Source of the DNA: a virus
Lineage: Duplodnaviria; Caudoviricetes
Direction: 5' to 3' (one strand)
Length of the DNA: 64,000 nucleotides
IMG/VR virus record: IMGVR_UViG_3300042465_005116
Coordinates: 64,001 to 128,000 of that record
Under the pieces are notes generated by a model. That model was not told where the DNA came from. It saw nothing but the letters and a program-made list of their open reading frames with translations, and searched no databases. Within the stretch, counting starts at the first letter, position 1, and each line of letters starts with the position of its first letter. Shown in pieces: positions 40,143-50,139 of the stretch. The position numbers and the translations under genes are program-made.

Positions 40143-41300
40143 TTAATTACTTAGGGGTGCTTTAATTTTTGGATGAGATTCATATCCTATTAATTCAAAA
40201 CAATCAGGTCTATAACTTTTAAGTTTTTCATCTAAAGTTTTTTCACCTAATCTTTCTTTAACCAACTGATGTTGATACCAATTCCTTTCCGTTATTTGAA
40301 TTTTTGGTAAGTTATACGGGGTTCTACTGATTTGTTCTTTTGCCTGTTCAATATGGTTTTTATATAAATGAACATCTCCTAAGTTTCCAATCAATTCATC
40401 AGGTATCATATTCACTTCCTTTGCAATAATCTCTAATAGTAATCCATAAGAAGCAATGTTAAATGGTAATCCTAAAAATGTATCCACACTTCTTTGATTC
40501 CACATTAGGGATAGTGTCCTCTTTGGTGTTGGAGTATAATATGAATTATCAAAATCAGGTAAATTATTAGGGTCAAAGAATCGTTCCATACCTGTTTCAT
40601 AATTGTTATTGAACCAAATATTATATCGTCTCTCATCACTTAACTCATGTGTATACAATTGAAATCCATAATGACAAGGTGGTAATACCATTTGGTCTAA
40701 TTCACCTACATTCCAAGCATTAACCATTAATCTTCTACTATCTGGATTTGTTTTAAGTTCGTTGATTAGGTTTTCAATTTGGTCTATTGGTTCTTGTCTT
40801 ATACTTGTTTGATTATCTACATAAGAATCCCATCTTAAATATTCCCATTTTGAACCTAATTTGCAAGGTTCTATTTGTATTCTACCACCCCACTGTCTCC
40901 ATTGTTTACCATAGATAGGTCCTAAATCTCCCCATTGTTTAGCAAACTCATTATTGGTTTTGACCTCTTTGATAAATTCTTCTTTTGTAAGTTGTCCATC
41001 TACATCCATTGATGTTTTGGCTGCATAGTTTTTATACGCATCACCATCCCAAATATGGCAATCATAATCCAATAGGAATTTGATGTTAGTATCACCTCTT
41101 AAAAACCATAGGAGTTCGGTTACGATAGAGTTCCAATGCATCTTCTTTGTAGTAAGTAAAGGAAATCCTTCACTCATCTTATGACGTATCTGATGACCAA
41201 ATTCTGATATAGTACCAGTTCCGGTTCTATCTTTTTTCTCTACACCAAACGCAATGATATCACTAAGTAATTGTTGATACTTTTTATCTAAGGTATTCAT
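40143..41300 (-). CDS. thyA: Thymidylate synthase
   Basis: DRTGTGT, FPLLTTKK, ELLWFLRG, LGPIYGKQWR, SRRLMV, LPPCHY, QRSVDTFLGLPFNIASY, GDVHLY. Confidence 0.96.
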   Translation of the reverse strand: MNTLDKKYQQLLSDIIAFGVEKKDRTGTGTISEFGHQIRHKMSEGFPLLTTKKMHWNSIVTELLWFLRGDTNIKFLLDYDCHIWDGDAYKNYAAKTSMDVDGQLTKEEFIKEVKTNNEFAKQWGDLGPIYGKQWRQWGGRIQIEPCKLGSKWEYLRWDSYVDNQTSIRQEPIDQIENLINELKTNPDSRRLMVNAWNVGELDQMVLPPCHYGFQLYTHELSDERRYNIWFNNNYETGMERFFDPNNLPDFDNSYYTPTPKRTLSLMWNQRSVDTFLGLPFNIASYGLLLEIIAKEVNMIPDELIGNLGDVHLYKNHIEQAKEQISRTPYNLPKIQITERNWYQHQLVKERLGEKTLDEKLKSYRPDCFELIGYESHPKIKAPLSN

Positions 41301-41572
41301 TAAGCAATTGCTTTTACTTTTGTAAAATTAAAACTTCTCCAACCTGTTTTTTCTACATCAAATACGGTAATCAAATCTGATTCAACTACATTTCCACTTT
41401 CATCTAATCTAACAACCTTATCAGTTTTAGGATGAAACTCTTGTGGAATTTTACTAATTAGTTTTGTACATAACATTGTTCTATCCGTACCATCTGCTTT
41501 TGTAAATGTTACTGATACAACTTCAGTTTGTAATTTCTCTACTAATTCTTGTTTTGTGATAATTAATTCCAT
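41300..41572 (-). CDS. Small SH3/WYL-like beta-barrel phage protein
   Basis: VVSVTFTKADGTDRTMLCT...VFDVEKTGWRSF, a pattern common in T4-like phages. Confidence 0.65.
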   Translation of the reverse strand: MELIITKQELVEKLQTEVVSVTFTKADGTDRTMLCTKLISKIPQEFHPKTDKVVRLDESGNVVESDLITVFDVEKTGWRSFNFTKVKAIA

Positions 41573-41579
41573 TTTTCGT

Positions 41580-41942
41580 TTATTTTATTGCTTTTAAATT
41601 GTTTCTTTCTCTAAATTCTCTTTCAGTATTTCTATCATAGCGTTCTTTAAATTGTGAAATTCTAACAAACTCTTCATATGCTTCTCTATGATAATGTTTG
41701 ATATGTTCTATTCCTAGTTCATATCTGAATATGGTTTCTTCATATCTTAATTCTTTATAATCGAACCCATCTCCTTGAACTTTTATTTCAAGTTGTAATG
41801 AATCAATTGTACGTTGTAATGAATCTATATTATTATAACTAATTGTAGTAATTTGCTTTTCCGATGAATTTCTACTCAATCCATATGCAATTATTATAAT
41901 TATTATTACTAATATTATAGCTAATATATTTGTAGTTCTCAT
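41580..41942 (-). CDS. Membrane-anchored coiled-coil protein
   Basis: N-terminal hydrophobic helix, IDSLQRTIDSLQ. Confidence 0.6.
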   Translation of the reverse strand: MRTTNILAIILVIIIIIIAYGLSRNSSEKQITTISYNNIDSLQRTIDSLQLEIKVQGDGFDYKELRYEETIFRYELGIEHIKHYHREAYEEFVRISQFKERYDRNTEREFRERNNLKAIK

Positions 41943-41943
41943 A

Positions 41944-42228
41944 TTATTTTATTTGTATATATTCTGAACGTTTATACTCTTTTTTCAGTTGGTAATCCAA
42001 TTTCCAATTTTTAATAATTTCTTCTGCTTGAAATTTATTTTGAAATGGATAATCACCTGATACCCATACTTTAAATGGTAGTGTACCCATGCTTGTTCTA
42101 AACCACACTTTTTGTTGTGGTTGATACATTCGGGTTCCGTTGACAACAAAAGTTTCGATTCGATACTTTGGTTTTGCTTCTAACGTTATTACTCCCAATA
42201 ACATTAGTACTATTAATAGTTTTTTCAT
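41944..42228 (-). CDS. Small exported protein
   Basis: Sec signal peptide MKKLLIVLMLLGVITLEA. Confidence 0.6.
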   Translation of the reverse strand: MKKLLIVLMLLGVITLEAKPKYRIETFVVNGTRMYQPQQKVWFRTSMGTLPFKVWVSGDYPFQNKFQAEEIIKNWKLDYQLKKEYKRSEYIQIK

Positions 42229-42236
42229 ATCAAAAG

Positions 42237-42268
42237 CTAAGATACGAAAAAAATCTTAGAATACCAAA
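42237..42268 (-). promoter_or_regulatory. Bacteroidota-type promoter
   Basis: TTTG-N20-TATCTTAG. Confidence 0.75.
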
Positions 42269-43654
42269 TTATTTCCTAAGATTTTCTAAACGAAGAATTT
42301 CATCTTTAATTTTCTGATTGTATGGATTCCATTTTATGTTATCCAATAACCATTTACGATAGTAGGGTGGAATGGATGCTACTGGTTTGTTTGCATACTT
42401 ACCAAACGTCATATAAATCTTTTGTATCTCCCCCTCTTCGTTTCGTTGTTCTGATAAATTGATACCACCCTCTAAGTGGATTCCAATTTCATGCATTGGG
42501 ATACCTGTAAGTTTCTTTTTATTTTCACCATACAATTCCCATATACCATCCTCATCTTCTTTATAGTAAAGAGATTCTACCTTACCGAACTTATCAACTG
42601 CTCCAACAAAATCCACAACTAAACAATTTTGTTTATTATCGTGAATACGAGTTCCTCTCCCCACAAACTGATACCACCACGAAATTGATGCAGTAGGTCG
42701 ACCTGTGATTAAACAATCTAATTCTGGATAATCAAATCCAACGGTCAATACATTTACTTGAACGATAACTCTAATTTTTTGATTACGAAATTCTTCAATG
42801 ATTCGATTACGTTCTCCGGTTGGAGTTTCTCCATGTACTACTGCGGCAGATGGAATTTTTCCTGCTAATTGGGTTGCTTGTTCAATGGTTGGTACTGCAA
42901 TTAATATTGATTTTCTATCTTGTAGTTCTCTAACTTTCTTTACAATTTTATCTTGTAAATTTTGATTCTCATATGCACGTGCAATGGAATCATTTGTATA
43001 TTCAGCACCAGATGAATTATATACTAATGCTCCGGTATCGAAATCATACGATTGATATTCTAATGGAGTCCAAAATCCCATCTTTACAATTTCTTCAATT
43101 TGAGAAACGTGAATGATGTGTTTAAAAAATGTTCCATGTTTAGAACGATTGGTTAACATTACTAATTTAGAATATGGGCCAGTCTCTCCCATATTAGTTT
43201 GTAGTTTAAGTGGAGTTGCAGTTAAACCCAATACATGAGTTGCCTTCATTCCATCTATAAATTTTCTTAGTTGGCCATTCTTATCTCTTGGATATCTATC
43301 ACACTCATCTATGATAACTTTGGTAATTCCTAATTCTCTGAACTTCCAAGCAATGTTTATGATAGAACCGATTGTTGCATAAGTAATATCACCAATCTCC
43401 TTCTCACCCATTGATGCAGAATAGATTGATGCCTTACCACCTAAGTTAATAAGTTTATTGTAGTTTTGTTCTAATAATTCTTTTGAAGGTTGGATTACTA
43501 ATACCTTTTCATTAATACCCTTTGCGATATAGGCAATAACAATCGACTTACCGAATGCAGTGGGTGCAACGATAATTGATGGTGCCATTTTTGGTGTATT
43601 AAAAAACTCAATACCAATAGCAACTGGTTCTAACTGATAATCTCTTAATTTCAT
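42269..43654 (-). CDS. SF2 DEAD/H-like helicase (UvsW/YejH-like)
   Basis: LRDYQ, APTAFGKS, IIDECD, GLTATP, VNVLTVGFDYP, QFVGRGTR. Confidence 0.9.
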   Translation of the reverse strand: MKLRDYQLEPVAIGIEFFNTPKMAPSIIVAPTAFGKSIVIAYIAKGINEKVLVIQPSKELLEQNYNKLINLGGKASIYSASMGEKEIGDITYATIGSIINIAWKFRELGITKVIIDECDRYPRDKNGQLRKFIDGMKATHVLGLTATPLKLQTNMGETGPYSKLVMLTNRSKHGTFFKHIIHVSQIEEIVKMGFWTPLEYQSYDFDTGALVYNSSGAEYTNDSIARAYENQNLQDKIVKKVRELQDRKSILIAVPTIEQATQLAGKIPSAAVVHGETPTGERNRIIEEFRNQKIRVIVQVNVLTVGFDYPELDCLITGRPTASISWWYQFVGRGTRIHDNKQNCLVVDFVGAVDKFGKVESLYYKEDEDGIWELYGENKKKLTGIPMHEIGIHLEGGINLSEQRNEEGEIQKIYMTFGKYANKPVASIPPYYRKWLLDNIKWNPYNQKIKDEILRLENLRK

Positions 43655-43774
43655 CTAAAAAAATAATTCAGTCAAAATTATACCCAATAGAGTAAGGATT
43701 CCTCCAACTACTGCTATTGATGTGAAATTTTCTGAATCTTCAACCTGTTGTTTTGTTTTTCCTTGATTTTCCAT
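43655..43774 (-). CDS. 39-aa single-pass membrane protein (absent from ORF track)
   Basis: MENQGKTKQQVEDSENFTSIAVVGGILTLLGIILTELFF; its TAG stop directly abuts the helicase ATG. Confidence 0.6.
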   Translation of the reverse strand: MENQGKTKQQVEDSENFTSIAVVGGILTLLGIILTELFF

Positions 43775-43775
43775 A

Positions 43776-44669
43776 TTATTTTATAAAAGGTAATATTGCT
43801 AATTCTTTTGCTTTGGCCTCAACCATAATATCTACATTGTTACCATATGTGTTAGGTAATGAATTGATATAAAGTGAATGGGCTTGTGGTTTTTCTTTTG
43901 GATTATTTTCGTGTAATGCTTTTGATTCCGAATAGTGAACTACTGGCGTAATATCCTTTGGCCAAGTTGTGATTGCTAACTCTAACGCTTGTTGTTCTGA
44001 TAAATCACCAGTACAAAATTGGTGGTGGTGATAATCAAAAACAATAGGAATACCGATTGCATTATGGACATACATAAGGTCTTTAACCGAATACATAGAT
44101 GCCTTGTCATCATTCTCAATTGTTAACCGCTTACGAACCGATGGGGAGAGTCTTTTGAAGTTAGTGATAAATCTATCTAATGCGGATTTTTTATCTCCGT
44201 AAACACCATTACAATGAATATTAATTTTATTGTAAGGAGTTTTAGATAATCCCATCATATCGAATATTTTACCATGCAATTCTAAATCAGCAAGTGTTTT
44301 TAATACAACTGATTCGTTAGGTGAAACTAATACGTTGAATGGGCCGGGATGTGATGTAATACGCATATTATGGAATTTAGCAAACAAACCGGCTTTTTTT
44401 AATTCCCATTTAATCTCTTTGTAATCTTTGAGTTGTGTAATATCGATATGGTCACCCCACGGGATAAGAGCAGATGATAAACGAAATAATTTAATTCCGT
44501 TCATTCTATTCCATTCTAAAATCTTAATAATATCTTTGGAGTTAAGTAGAGCTAGTTCGGAAACATAATCCATACCTTTGGCTTGGAATGTCCGGTTAAC
44601 CATACTTCGGTTAGTGGTTACTTTCTTACCCATACTCATATTAATACAAGCATATCCTAAATTCATCAT
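43776..44669 (-). CDS. uvsE: UV-damage endonuclease (UvsE/UvdE)
   Basis: LGYACIN, IKLFRLSS, TSHPGPF, INIHCNG, RLTIENDD, VFDYHHH, HYSES, MVEAKAKE. Confidence 0.92.
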   Translation of the reverse strand: MMNLGYACINMSMGKKVTTNRSMVNRTFQAKGMDYVSELALLNSKDIIKILEWNRMNGIKLFRLSSALIPWGDHIDITQLKDYKEIKWELKKAGLFAKFHNMRITSHPGPFNVLVSPNESVVLKTLADLELHGKIFDMMGLSKTPYNKINIHCNGVYGDKKSALDRFITNFKRLSPSVRKRLTIENDDKASMYSVKDLMYVHNAIGIPIVFDYHHHQFCTGDLSEQQALELAITTWPKDITPVVHYSESKALHENNPKEKPQAHSLYINSLPNTYGNNVDIMVEAKAKELAILPFIK

Positions 44670-44691
44670 TCTAATACAATTTGTTGTTATA

Positions 44692-44723
44692 CAAATATAC
44701 GAAATATATCTGATAATACCAAA
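44692..44723 (-). promoter_or_regulatory. Bacteroidota-type promoter
   Basis: TTTG-N20-TATATTTG, perfect consensus. Confidence 0.85.
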
Positions 44724-44734
44724 TATTAATGGGG

Positions 44735-45388
44735 TTATTTTATATCTAAAAAATCGTATATGTGATTAGCCAATATTATATTAGAATTATTACCAATATG
44801 ATTATCATTCCATACGCCATTGGTTTCATCATTTAAGCTAGGTAAGTTTAAAGGAGTTACAAAATTTTTACCATTTATTTTTATATTTCTAGCATCATCA
44901 ATTATCTTTATAATAAAGGGGGGTGTCCAATATAATGCATAGCATTTTATACCATAGTTTTCTAAAAAATTAAATAGAGAATAAACTTTTTTCATTTCAT
45001 ACCAACTTCTACGTTCTTCAAATTTTTCAAAATAAGTTAAAATTGCAACACGGTCTTCTAATGGGATATCAATAGTATCTAATACATCATGGGTATGTAC
45101 AGCTAAATCTTTCCAACCCACATTATTTTCATCAAACCTTAAATACGCATTTTGAAAAAATTGAAATTGAAAAATAACTATCTTACCATTATTAATAATG
45201 GATTGTAAATTATCAATAAAAATTTGAATATTGTTTACAAGATTACTACCCGGTATACCTAAATTTGTATACTCTGAATTTAATAGGTTAGATAAATAAT
45301 GAGGATATGGGTTATACTCATATTTTTCTTTGATTGGATTTGAATGTGATATTCCGGCGGTGTGAGAATCACCTATATAATAAATCAT
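44735..45388 (-). CDS. SGNH/GDSL-like protein
   Basis: IGDSHTAG, NLGIPG, C-terminal DNHIG..SN. Confidence 0.6.
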   Translation of the reverse strand: MIYYIGDSHTAGISHSNPIKEKYEYNPYPHYLSNLLNSEYTNLGIPGSNLVNNIQIFIDNLQSIINNGKIVIFQFQFFQNAYLRFDENNVGWKDLAVHTHDVLDTIDIPLEDRVAILTYFEKFEERRSWYEMKKVYSLFNFLENYGIKCYALYWTPPFIIKIIDDARNIKINGKNFVTPLNLPSLNDETNGVWNDNHIGNNSNIILANHIYDFLDIK

Positions 45389-45399
45389 TAAGTTAAAAA

Positions 45400-45798
45400 T
45401 TATCTATTGTATAATTTATTTATTATATGAGTTGAACTAAAGCCTTCCATCTTAGGGAAATATACGATTTCACCTACATATTCACTCCCTACAATTCGTT
45501 TACCCCTATATTCTTCTCCAATAACCATAATGGCCGGTCTCATTGTTTTAATGTGGGTTTCCAATTGTTCATCCGAATCAAATATTACAACTCTATCAAC
45601 ATATTTGATAGCTTCTAATAAGGTGATTCTACTTACAATATTATTTATAGGTCGTTGTTCTCCTTTTAATTCGGTAACCCTCTTGTCACCATCAACTCCA
45701 ACAATTAGGAAATCCCCTAACTCTGCTGCCCTCTTTAATAATTGAATGTGTCCTAAATGAACAATATCAAATGTACCATTTACCCAAACTTTTATCAT
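45400..45798 (-). CDS. Cytidylyl/adenylyltransferase (RfaE-II/TagD-like)
   Basis: NGTFDIVHLGH (HxGH), LIVGVDGD..V..LKG..RP, GFSST. Confidence 0.88.
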   Translation of the reverse strand: MIKVWVNGTFDIVHLGHIQLLKRAAELGDFLIVGVDGDKRVTELKGEQRPINNIVSRITLLEAIKYVDRVVIFDSDEQLETHIKTMRPAIMVIGEEYRGKRIVGSEYVGEIVYFPKMEGFSSTHIINKLYNR

Positions 45799-46169
45799 AA
45801 CAAATCATTTGGCGTTTTTCTATAAATTCTGTATGAATCCGAATCAAAATGTTCAGTACTTACCTCATATACAACTCCCCTTTCTTGTAAAGAAGTAAGT
45901 TGGTGTGGTGTACCTTTTTCAATATAAACTGAATCGCCTTCGTTTAAGATTTCTTTTTTTATTATACCGATTTTAGTATCAATCCATTTGAACTCAAATT
46001 GTCCATCTTGAATATACCACGATTCGTTTTTAAGCATATGGTAATGCATTGAAAACTTATCACCCTTTTCTGCGAAAACTAAAAGTTTACCACAATATTG
46101 TGCATCGTTATGAACCCATAGTTCATATCCCCACGACTTTTGTACTTTTGTTGGTCTTGTTATTATCAT
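45795..46169 (-). CDS. Cupin (mannose-6-phosphate isomerase C-terminal-like); start probably MIITRP
   Basis: KSWGYE, FSMHYHMLKNESWY, PHQL, YEVST. Confidence 0.75.
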   Translation of the reverse strand: MIITRPTKVQKSWGYELWVHNDAQYCGKLLVFAEKGDKFSMHYHMLKNESWYIQDGQFEFKWIDTKIGIIKKEILNEGDSVYIEKGTPHQLTSLQERGVVYEVSTEHFDSDSYRIYRKTPNDLL

Positions 46170-46489
46170 ACTGCGAAAGATTCTCCACACCCACATGTAC
46201 GGGATGCATTTGGGTTTATAAATTCAAATCCCTTACCATTCAATCCATCTGAGAAATTTAATTCTGTTCCGTAAAGATATAATAATGATTTGTTGTCTAC
46301 TAAAATTTTTACTCCTTTATCTTCTGCAAGATTATCTCCTGCACGTTGGTCGGTATCAAATGAAAGGTCGTATGACAATCCACTACATCCACCACCTTTA
46401 ATTGAAACTCTAACAAACGGAGTTTTAAATCCACTTTCTTCAATGAGTGAACTTAATTTTTTAGCTGCGGTTTCTGATACTGTTACCAT
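46166..46489 (-). CDS. iscA: Fe-S cluster A-type carrier IscA/HesB
   Basis: GGGCSGLSY, NPNASRTCGCGESF. Confidence 0.95.
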   Translation of the reverse strand: MVTVSETAAKKLSSLIEESGFKTPFVRVSIKGGGCSGLSYDLSFDTDQRAGDNLAEDKGVKILVDNKSLLYLYGTELNFSDGLNGKGFEFINPNASRTCGCGESFAV

Positions 46490-46491
46490 TG

Positions 46492-47694
46492 TTAATAAGT
46501 TTTAGTTTCAAAATCAGTCGGATATTGAGATGGTTTTATATATCTAATCCAATAATTAACTGCGTTTTGGTCATTTATCCATTTTGCTTTATCACTCCAA
46601 TCAAATCCAGATAATGCGTAATAGGGTTTATAATCTCTAATTATCTGAGCTCTATTTGGATGTGCGGTTACTTCATTTATTAATCCATCACCATCAGTAT
46701 CATAACCATCAATAGAACCATCTCTATCATAATCAATCGGTCTGACTGTATAATCAGGTTTGAGGTTTAATAAATCTTCATCCGGTTCATCTATTAATGG
46801 ATTTTCAAATGGTGGCTCGTATAATCCTGTTTGTTGATTAGTTTCCACCATATCACCTAAAATATCTTCCTTTGTAGAATTTTTTCCACTATCTTTGTAT
46901 ATTTGATAATTTTTTTCCATTAAGGGTTCTTTTTCACCATACATATTTTTCTTACCAATCAATCCATTGAATGCAATGATAAGTGCAACTGCAAGTGGGT
47001 CAAACACAAATACTATAATGAATATAAAAAATTTAACAACGGAGTTAAGTGGTACGTTAAAAGCTTCTGCCACAAAACGAAACCCACCAACTTCTTTTTC
47101 TAATTCGATATTGTTATTTTTAATAACATTTATAGAATCTAACGCTGCATTATTTTTTATAGTTAATTCATCAATTCGTTTTGATATAGAAGTAATTTCC
47201 TTATCTGCAGAACGAATCATCTGAGATACTCTAGATGTAGATTTATCCTTATCAATTTGTTTAGATAAGTTACTCTCTTGTGAATTACGAATATTTTGTT
47301 GGTTAGTTAGTTGAGTAGTGTATCTTACTATCTCCCCATCATTCTTAGTGATTTGAGTTTGATACACTGCAATATCTCTATCTATCTTTTGTAATCCTAA
47401 ATTTTGTTGTTGGAACGCATTAGAAAGATATCCAAAAATACCGGCAGAGGTAATCAACATAAGTATACCTACGGCACTTGTTAGATACCATTTATTAAAC
47501 CCACCAATATCTTCCCACTTTTGTTTTAGATAAGTAGCGGCAACTAATTTAGCAAATTCTAACGAACTCGCCATTACCATTACTGCCGTTGATGCTCCGG
47601 CGAATAAAACACCCAATCCCGTTACTGAAAAGTACGCAGCACATCCGGCAACGATTACCGCTGATAATCCGACTAAATACTTTAACCAATTCAT
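46492..47694 (-). CDS. Membrane coiled-coil protein with DxDxDG motifs
   Basis: Three N-terminal TM helices, a coiled coil, a further TM, then DYDRDGSIDGYDTDGDG. Confidence 0.6.
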   Translation of the reverse strand: MNWLKYLVGLSAVIVAGCAAYFSVTGLGVLFAGASTAVMVMASSLEFAKLVAATYLKQKWEDIGGFNKWYLTSAVGILMLITSAGIFGYLSNAFQQQNLGLQKIDRDIAVYQTQITKNDGEIVRYTTQLTNQQNIRNSQESNLSKQIDKDKSTSRVSQMIRSADKEITSISKRIDELTIKNNAALDSINVIKNNNIELEKEVGGFRFVAEAFNVPLNSVVKFFIFIIVFVFDPLAVALIIAFNGLIGKKNMYGEKEPLMEKNYQIYKDSGKNSTKEDILGDMVETNQQTGLYEPPFENPLIDEPDEDLLNLKPDYTVRPIDYDRDGSIDGYDTDGDGLINEVTAHPNRAQIIRDYKPYYALSGFDWSDKAKWINDQNAVNYWIRYIKPSQYPTDFETKTY

Positions 47695-47695
47695 T

Positions 47696-47875
47696 TTACG
47701 ATAAATCTACGATGTTTGTTGTTAGTTCTACTAATTTTTCAATTTCATTTGATAACTTAACAGCTTCTGCTTGATTAGCAGGGCGTTCACCCTTTAACAT
47801 TTCTGCGATAACTTTAGCTCTTTTAGTAATTGCTTCTAAATTTTCCTGAGCTCTCATTTTGTATTCTGGTTTCAT
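47696..47875 (-). CDS. 59-aa helical protein (absent from ORF track)
   Basis: MKPEYKMRAQENLEAITKRAKVIAEMLKGERPANQAEAVKLSNEIEKLVELTTNIVDLS; late motif at 47898-47905. Confidence 0.65.
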   Translation of the reverse strand: MKPEYKMRAQENLEAITKRAKVIAEMLKGERPANQAEAVKLSNEIEKLVELTTNIVDLS

Positions 47876-47948
47876 AATTTGTATTTAAATGTACATCTAT
47901 AAATATGTCGGATATAAAAAAGAGGTAATTTTATATATTTATATATTG

Positions 47949-48605
47949 TTAAATAAGTTTTGATTTAGTAATCAATTCTGAATAAGGTTTCCAATTATCT
48001 CCTTTTCTAATTATTGAATAGGGTTTCCAATTCACTCCCATTTGAATATATTGTAACTCTGCATTACATCTATTTGTAATATCAACATTACTTATGTCTA
48101 TTGTTTTAGCGTATTGTCCAGTCATCCACCAAAAATTACCAGAGTACATTATATTTGTAGGGTTACTTGCTACTTCTAATAAAAAACCATATGTGTTAAA
48201 AACTTCATTATCCAAAATTCCAAATACGTTATCAATATATTGAATATTATGTAATTGCATTACATTTCTCCATCGGATAGATTCAGAATCGGTTTGTTTA
48301 GATGCCCCCTTTGTGTGTAGATAAAAAATATAATCATTATTATTAAATGATGATTTATCTCTTTCTATTAAATTTAAAGTTACAAACTCATTATTCATTA
48401 ATTTAGTATCACCAATTATAATTTTTGAATCATACTCATACATTAATTTGATTATATCGTCTACTGAATTATTATTTTCTGATATTGAGATGCCAATAGT
48501 TAATGAGTATGGTTGATTAATATATTTTTTTATTAATGCAAGTTGTTCATGTATTATAGATTCAACCCCCTCTATTGCATAGATGTGATAATATATCCGT
48601 ATCAT
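47949..48605 (-). CDS. Glycosyltransferase-like hypothetical protein
   Basis: IYYHI, FYLHTKG, YSGNFWW pattern seen in GT-A-like phage proteins. Confidence 0.45.
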   Translation of the reverse strand: MIRIYYHIYAIEGVESIIHEQLALIKKYINQPYSLTIGISISENNNSVDDIIKLMYEYDSKIIIGDTKLMNNEFVTLNLIERDKSSFNNNDYIFYLHTKGASKQTDSESIRWRNVMQLHNIQYIDNVFGILDNEVFNTYGFLLEVASNPTNIMYSGNFWWMTGQYAKTIDISNVDITNRCNAELQYIQMGVNWKPYSIIRKGDNWKPYSELITKSKLI

Positions 48606-49648
48606 ATTAAATTCGTATGGGTAGTATCAATAAATTCGTATAGGTTATGAAATAGATTTGTATTTCTACCTATCTTATTAAATTCTTTTTTAAATAATTC
48701 ATGTTCTGGGTGATTAGAATCCCAAACTTGTTTTAATTTAAATTCCGCTTCAGAAAATGTTCCCCAATTAGTTATTTTACCAAAAAAAACATTTACCTTT
48801 TTGCCAAAAATAGAATACATTATATTATAAAAGGTTTCCATTTCCATATAGTTACTATCTTGAACAACAAACGAAGTCTTTACCGATTTTAATGTTTTTA
48901 TTGTAGAAATAAAATTTAAATTATTTATTAAAGTATCCCATTTACCACCTAATCTGGTTTTATTTTCATAGGTGTCACGTGTTCCGGCATCTATTGATAT
49001 CTCACAAGATGTTACATACTTATGCACATTTGGCATACTATCCCACATTTCTTTTGTCCACATTGATGCGTTTGTGTGGAAATGTATTCTTGTTAATTTT
49101 GGATATTTTTTTGGATTAAAATTTCTTAAATAATTTCTAAAACTAACCGAAACAAATGGGTCGCCTGTCCCCGTGATGTACAAAGTTTTAACGTTTGCTG
49201 AATAGTAGGTATCAATTTCATCTATTGTTTTTTCTATTCGTTCTATTCCTTTACTGCTTTCAACAATTAAATCTACTCTGCACGATGGACATTTATAATT
49301 ACAAGTCCTATCAAAATTCATTATAACATTAGTCGGTGTATTTGGTTCAACGATTGGAGTTGTATACTTTGAATTTGATTTTAAAGTAATTGGACCAGAT
49401 ACTACACTATCTGATAATAATTTACTTAAATATGGACATAATTCTTTGTTACAATATTTAAATGAACCATCTAATATAGAATTTCTAATATCAATGATTG
49501 GTTCACTATTATATACATCTTTTAAAGGATACTCACTAAGTTCTATTTTATTTGGCAACCAGGATGGACAACAAACAAACCCAACATTATTATGTATTTC
49601 TAAAGTAGTAAATGGAGTACTACAGGTGTATTGTTTTAAATCTATCAT
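48602..49648 (-). CDS. Radical SAM enzyme with N-terminal SPASM/twitch-like Cys cluster
   Basis: CNYKCPSC (CxxxCxxC), TGTGDPF, HTN, ISIDAG; extra Cys motifs CSTPF, VCC, CNKELCP. Confidence 0.88.
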   Translation of the reverse strand: MIDLKQYTCSTPFTTLEIHNNVGFVCCPSWLPNKIELSEYPLKDVYNSEPIIDIRNSILDGSFKYCNKELCPYLSKLLSDSVVSGPITLKSNSKYTTPIVEPNTPTNVIMNFDRTCNYKCPSCRVDLIVESSKGIERIEKTIDEIDTYYSANVKTLYITGTGDPFVSVSFRNYLRNFNPKKYPKLTRIHFHTNASMWTKEMWDSMPNVHKYVTSCEISIDAGTRDTYENKTRLGGKWDTLINNLNFISTIKTLKSVKTSFVVQDSNYMEMETFYNIMYSIFGKKVNVFFGKITNWGTFSEAEFKLKQVWDSNHPEHELFKKEFNKIGRNTNLFHNLYEFIDTTHTNLI

Positions 49649-50139
49649 AATAATTTTTCGATATTACTTCTACTTCCCTTGCGTAATCTATCTGAATGGG
49701 TTCTATCATATATATCTTCGTAATAAGTAATTGGTATATTAAGTTTAAATGCCAATTCGTTCAAATCATTATTCCATTTTAAAATATCATTATAACATAA
49801 TTCAAATATATCAGACGGAACTTCTTCGTAGTAATATGGATTATTTGAATTATAGTTTTTTGTTTTTGAAAAATAAGTTTGGTATGCATGAGATTCTGCA
49901 CATTCTAATATATTTTTTCTAGATAATAATATTACTCTATCGAACTCCTTACTTAATTGAAAATTGTTTGGATGATGACATATTATTGTTTTGAGGATTA
50001 CATTCTTTTCACCATTATATTGAACTCTACCACTTCCATCAAATGGTTCAAATAACGGAGTTAATCCATTTTCTTTTGCTAATTTATGTAACAAAGAAGT
50101 CGAACCGGTTCTGGGTAATGCAATTATTAATATACTCAT
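49645..50139 (-). CDS. Short sulfotransferase-like (P-loop) protein
   Basis: IIALPRTGSTSL, LFEPF, ILLSRKN..AES, YYEDI. Confidence 0.65.
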   Translation of the reverse strand: MSILIIALPRTGSTSLLHKLAKENGLTPLFEPFDGSGRVQYNGEKNVILKTIICHHPNNFQLSKEFDRVILLSRKNILECAESHAYQTYFSKTKNYNSNNPYYYEEVPSDIFELCYNDILKWNNDLNELAFKLNIPITYYEDIYDRTHSDRLRKGSRSNIEKLL

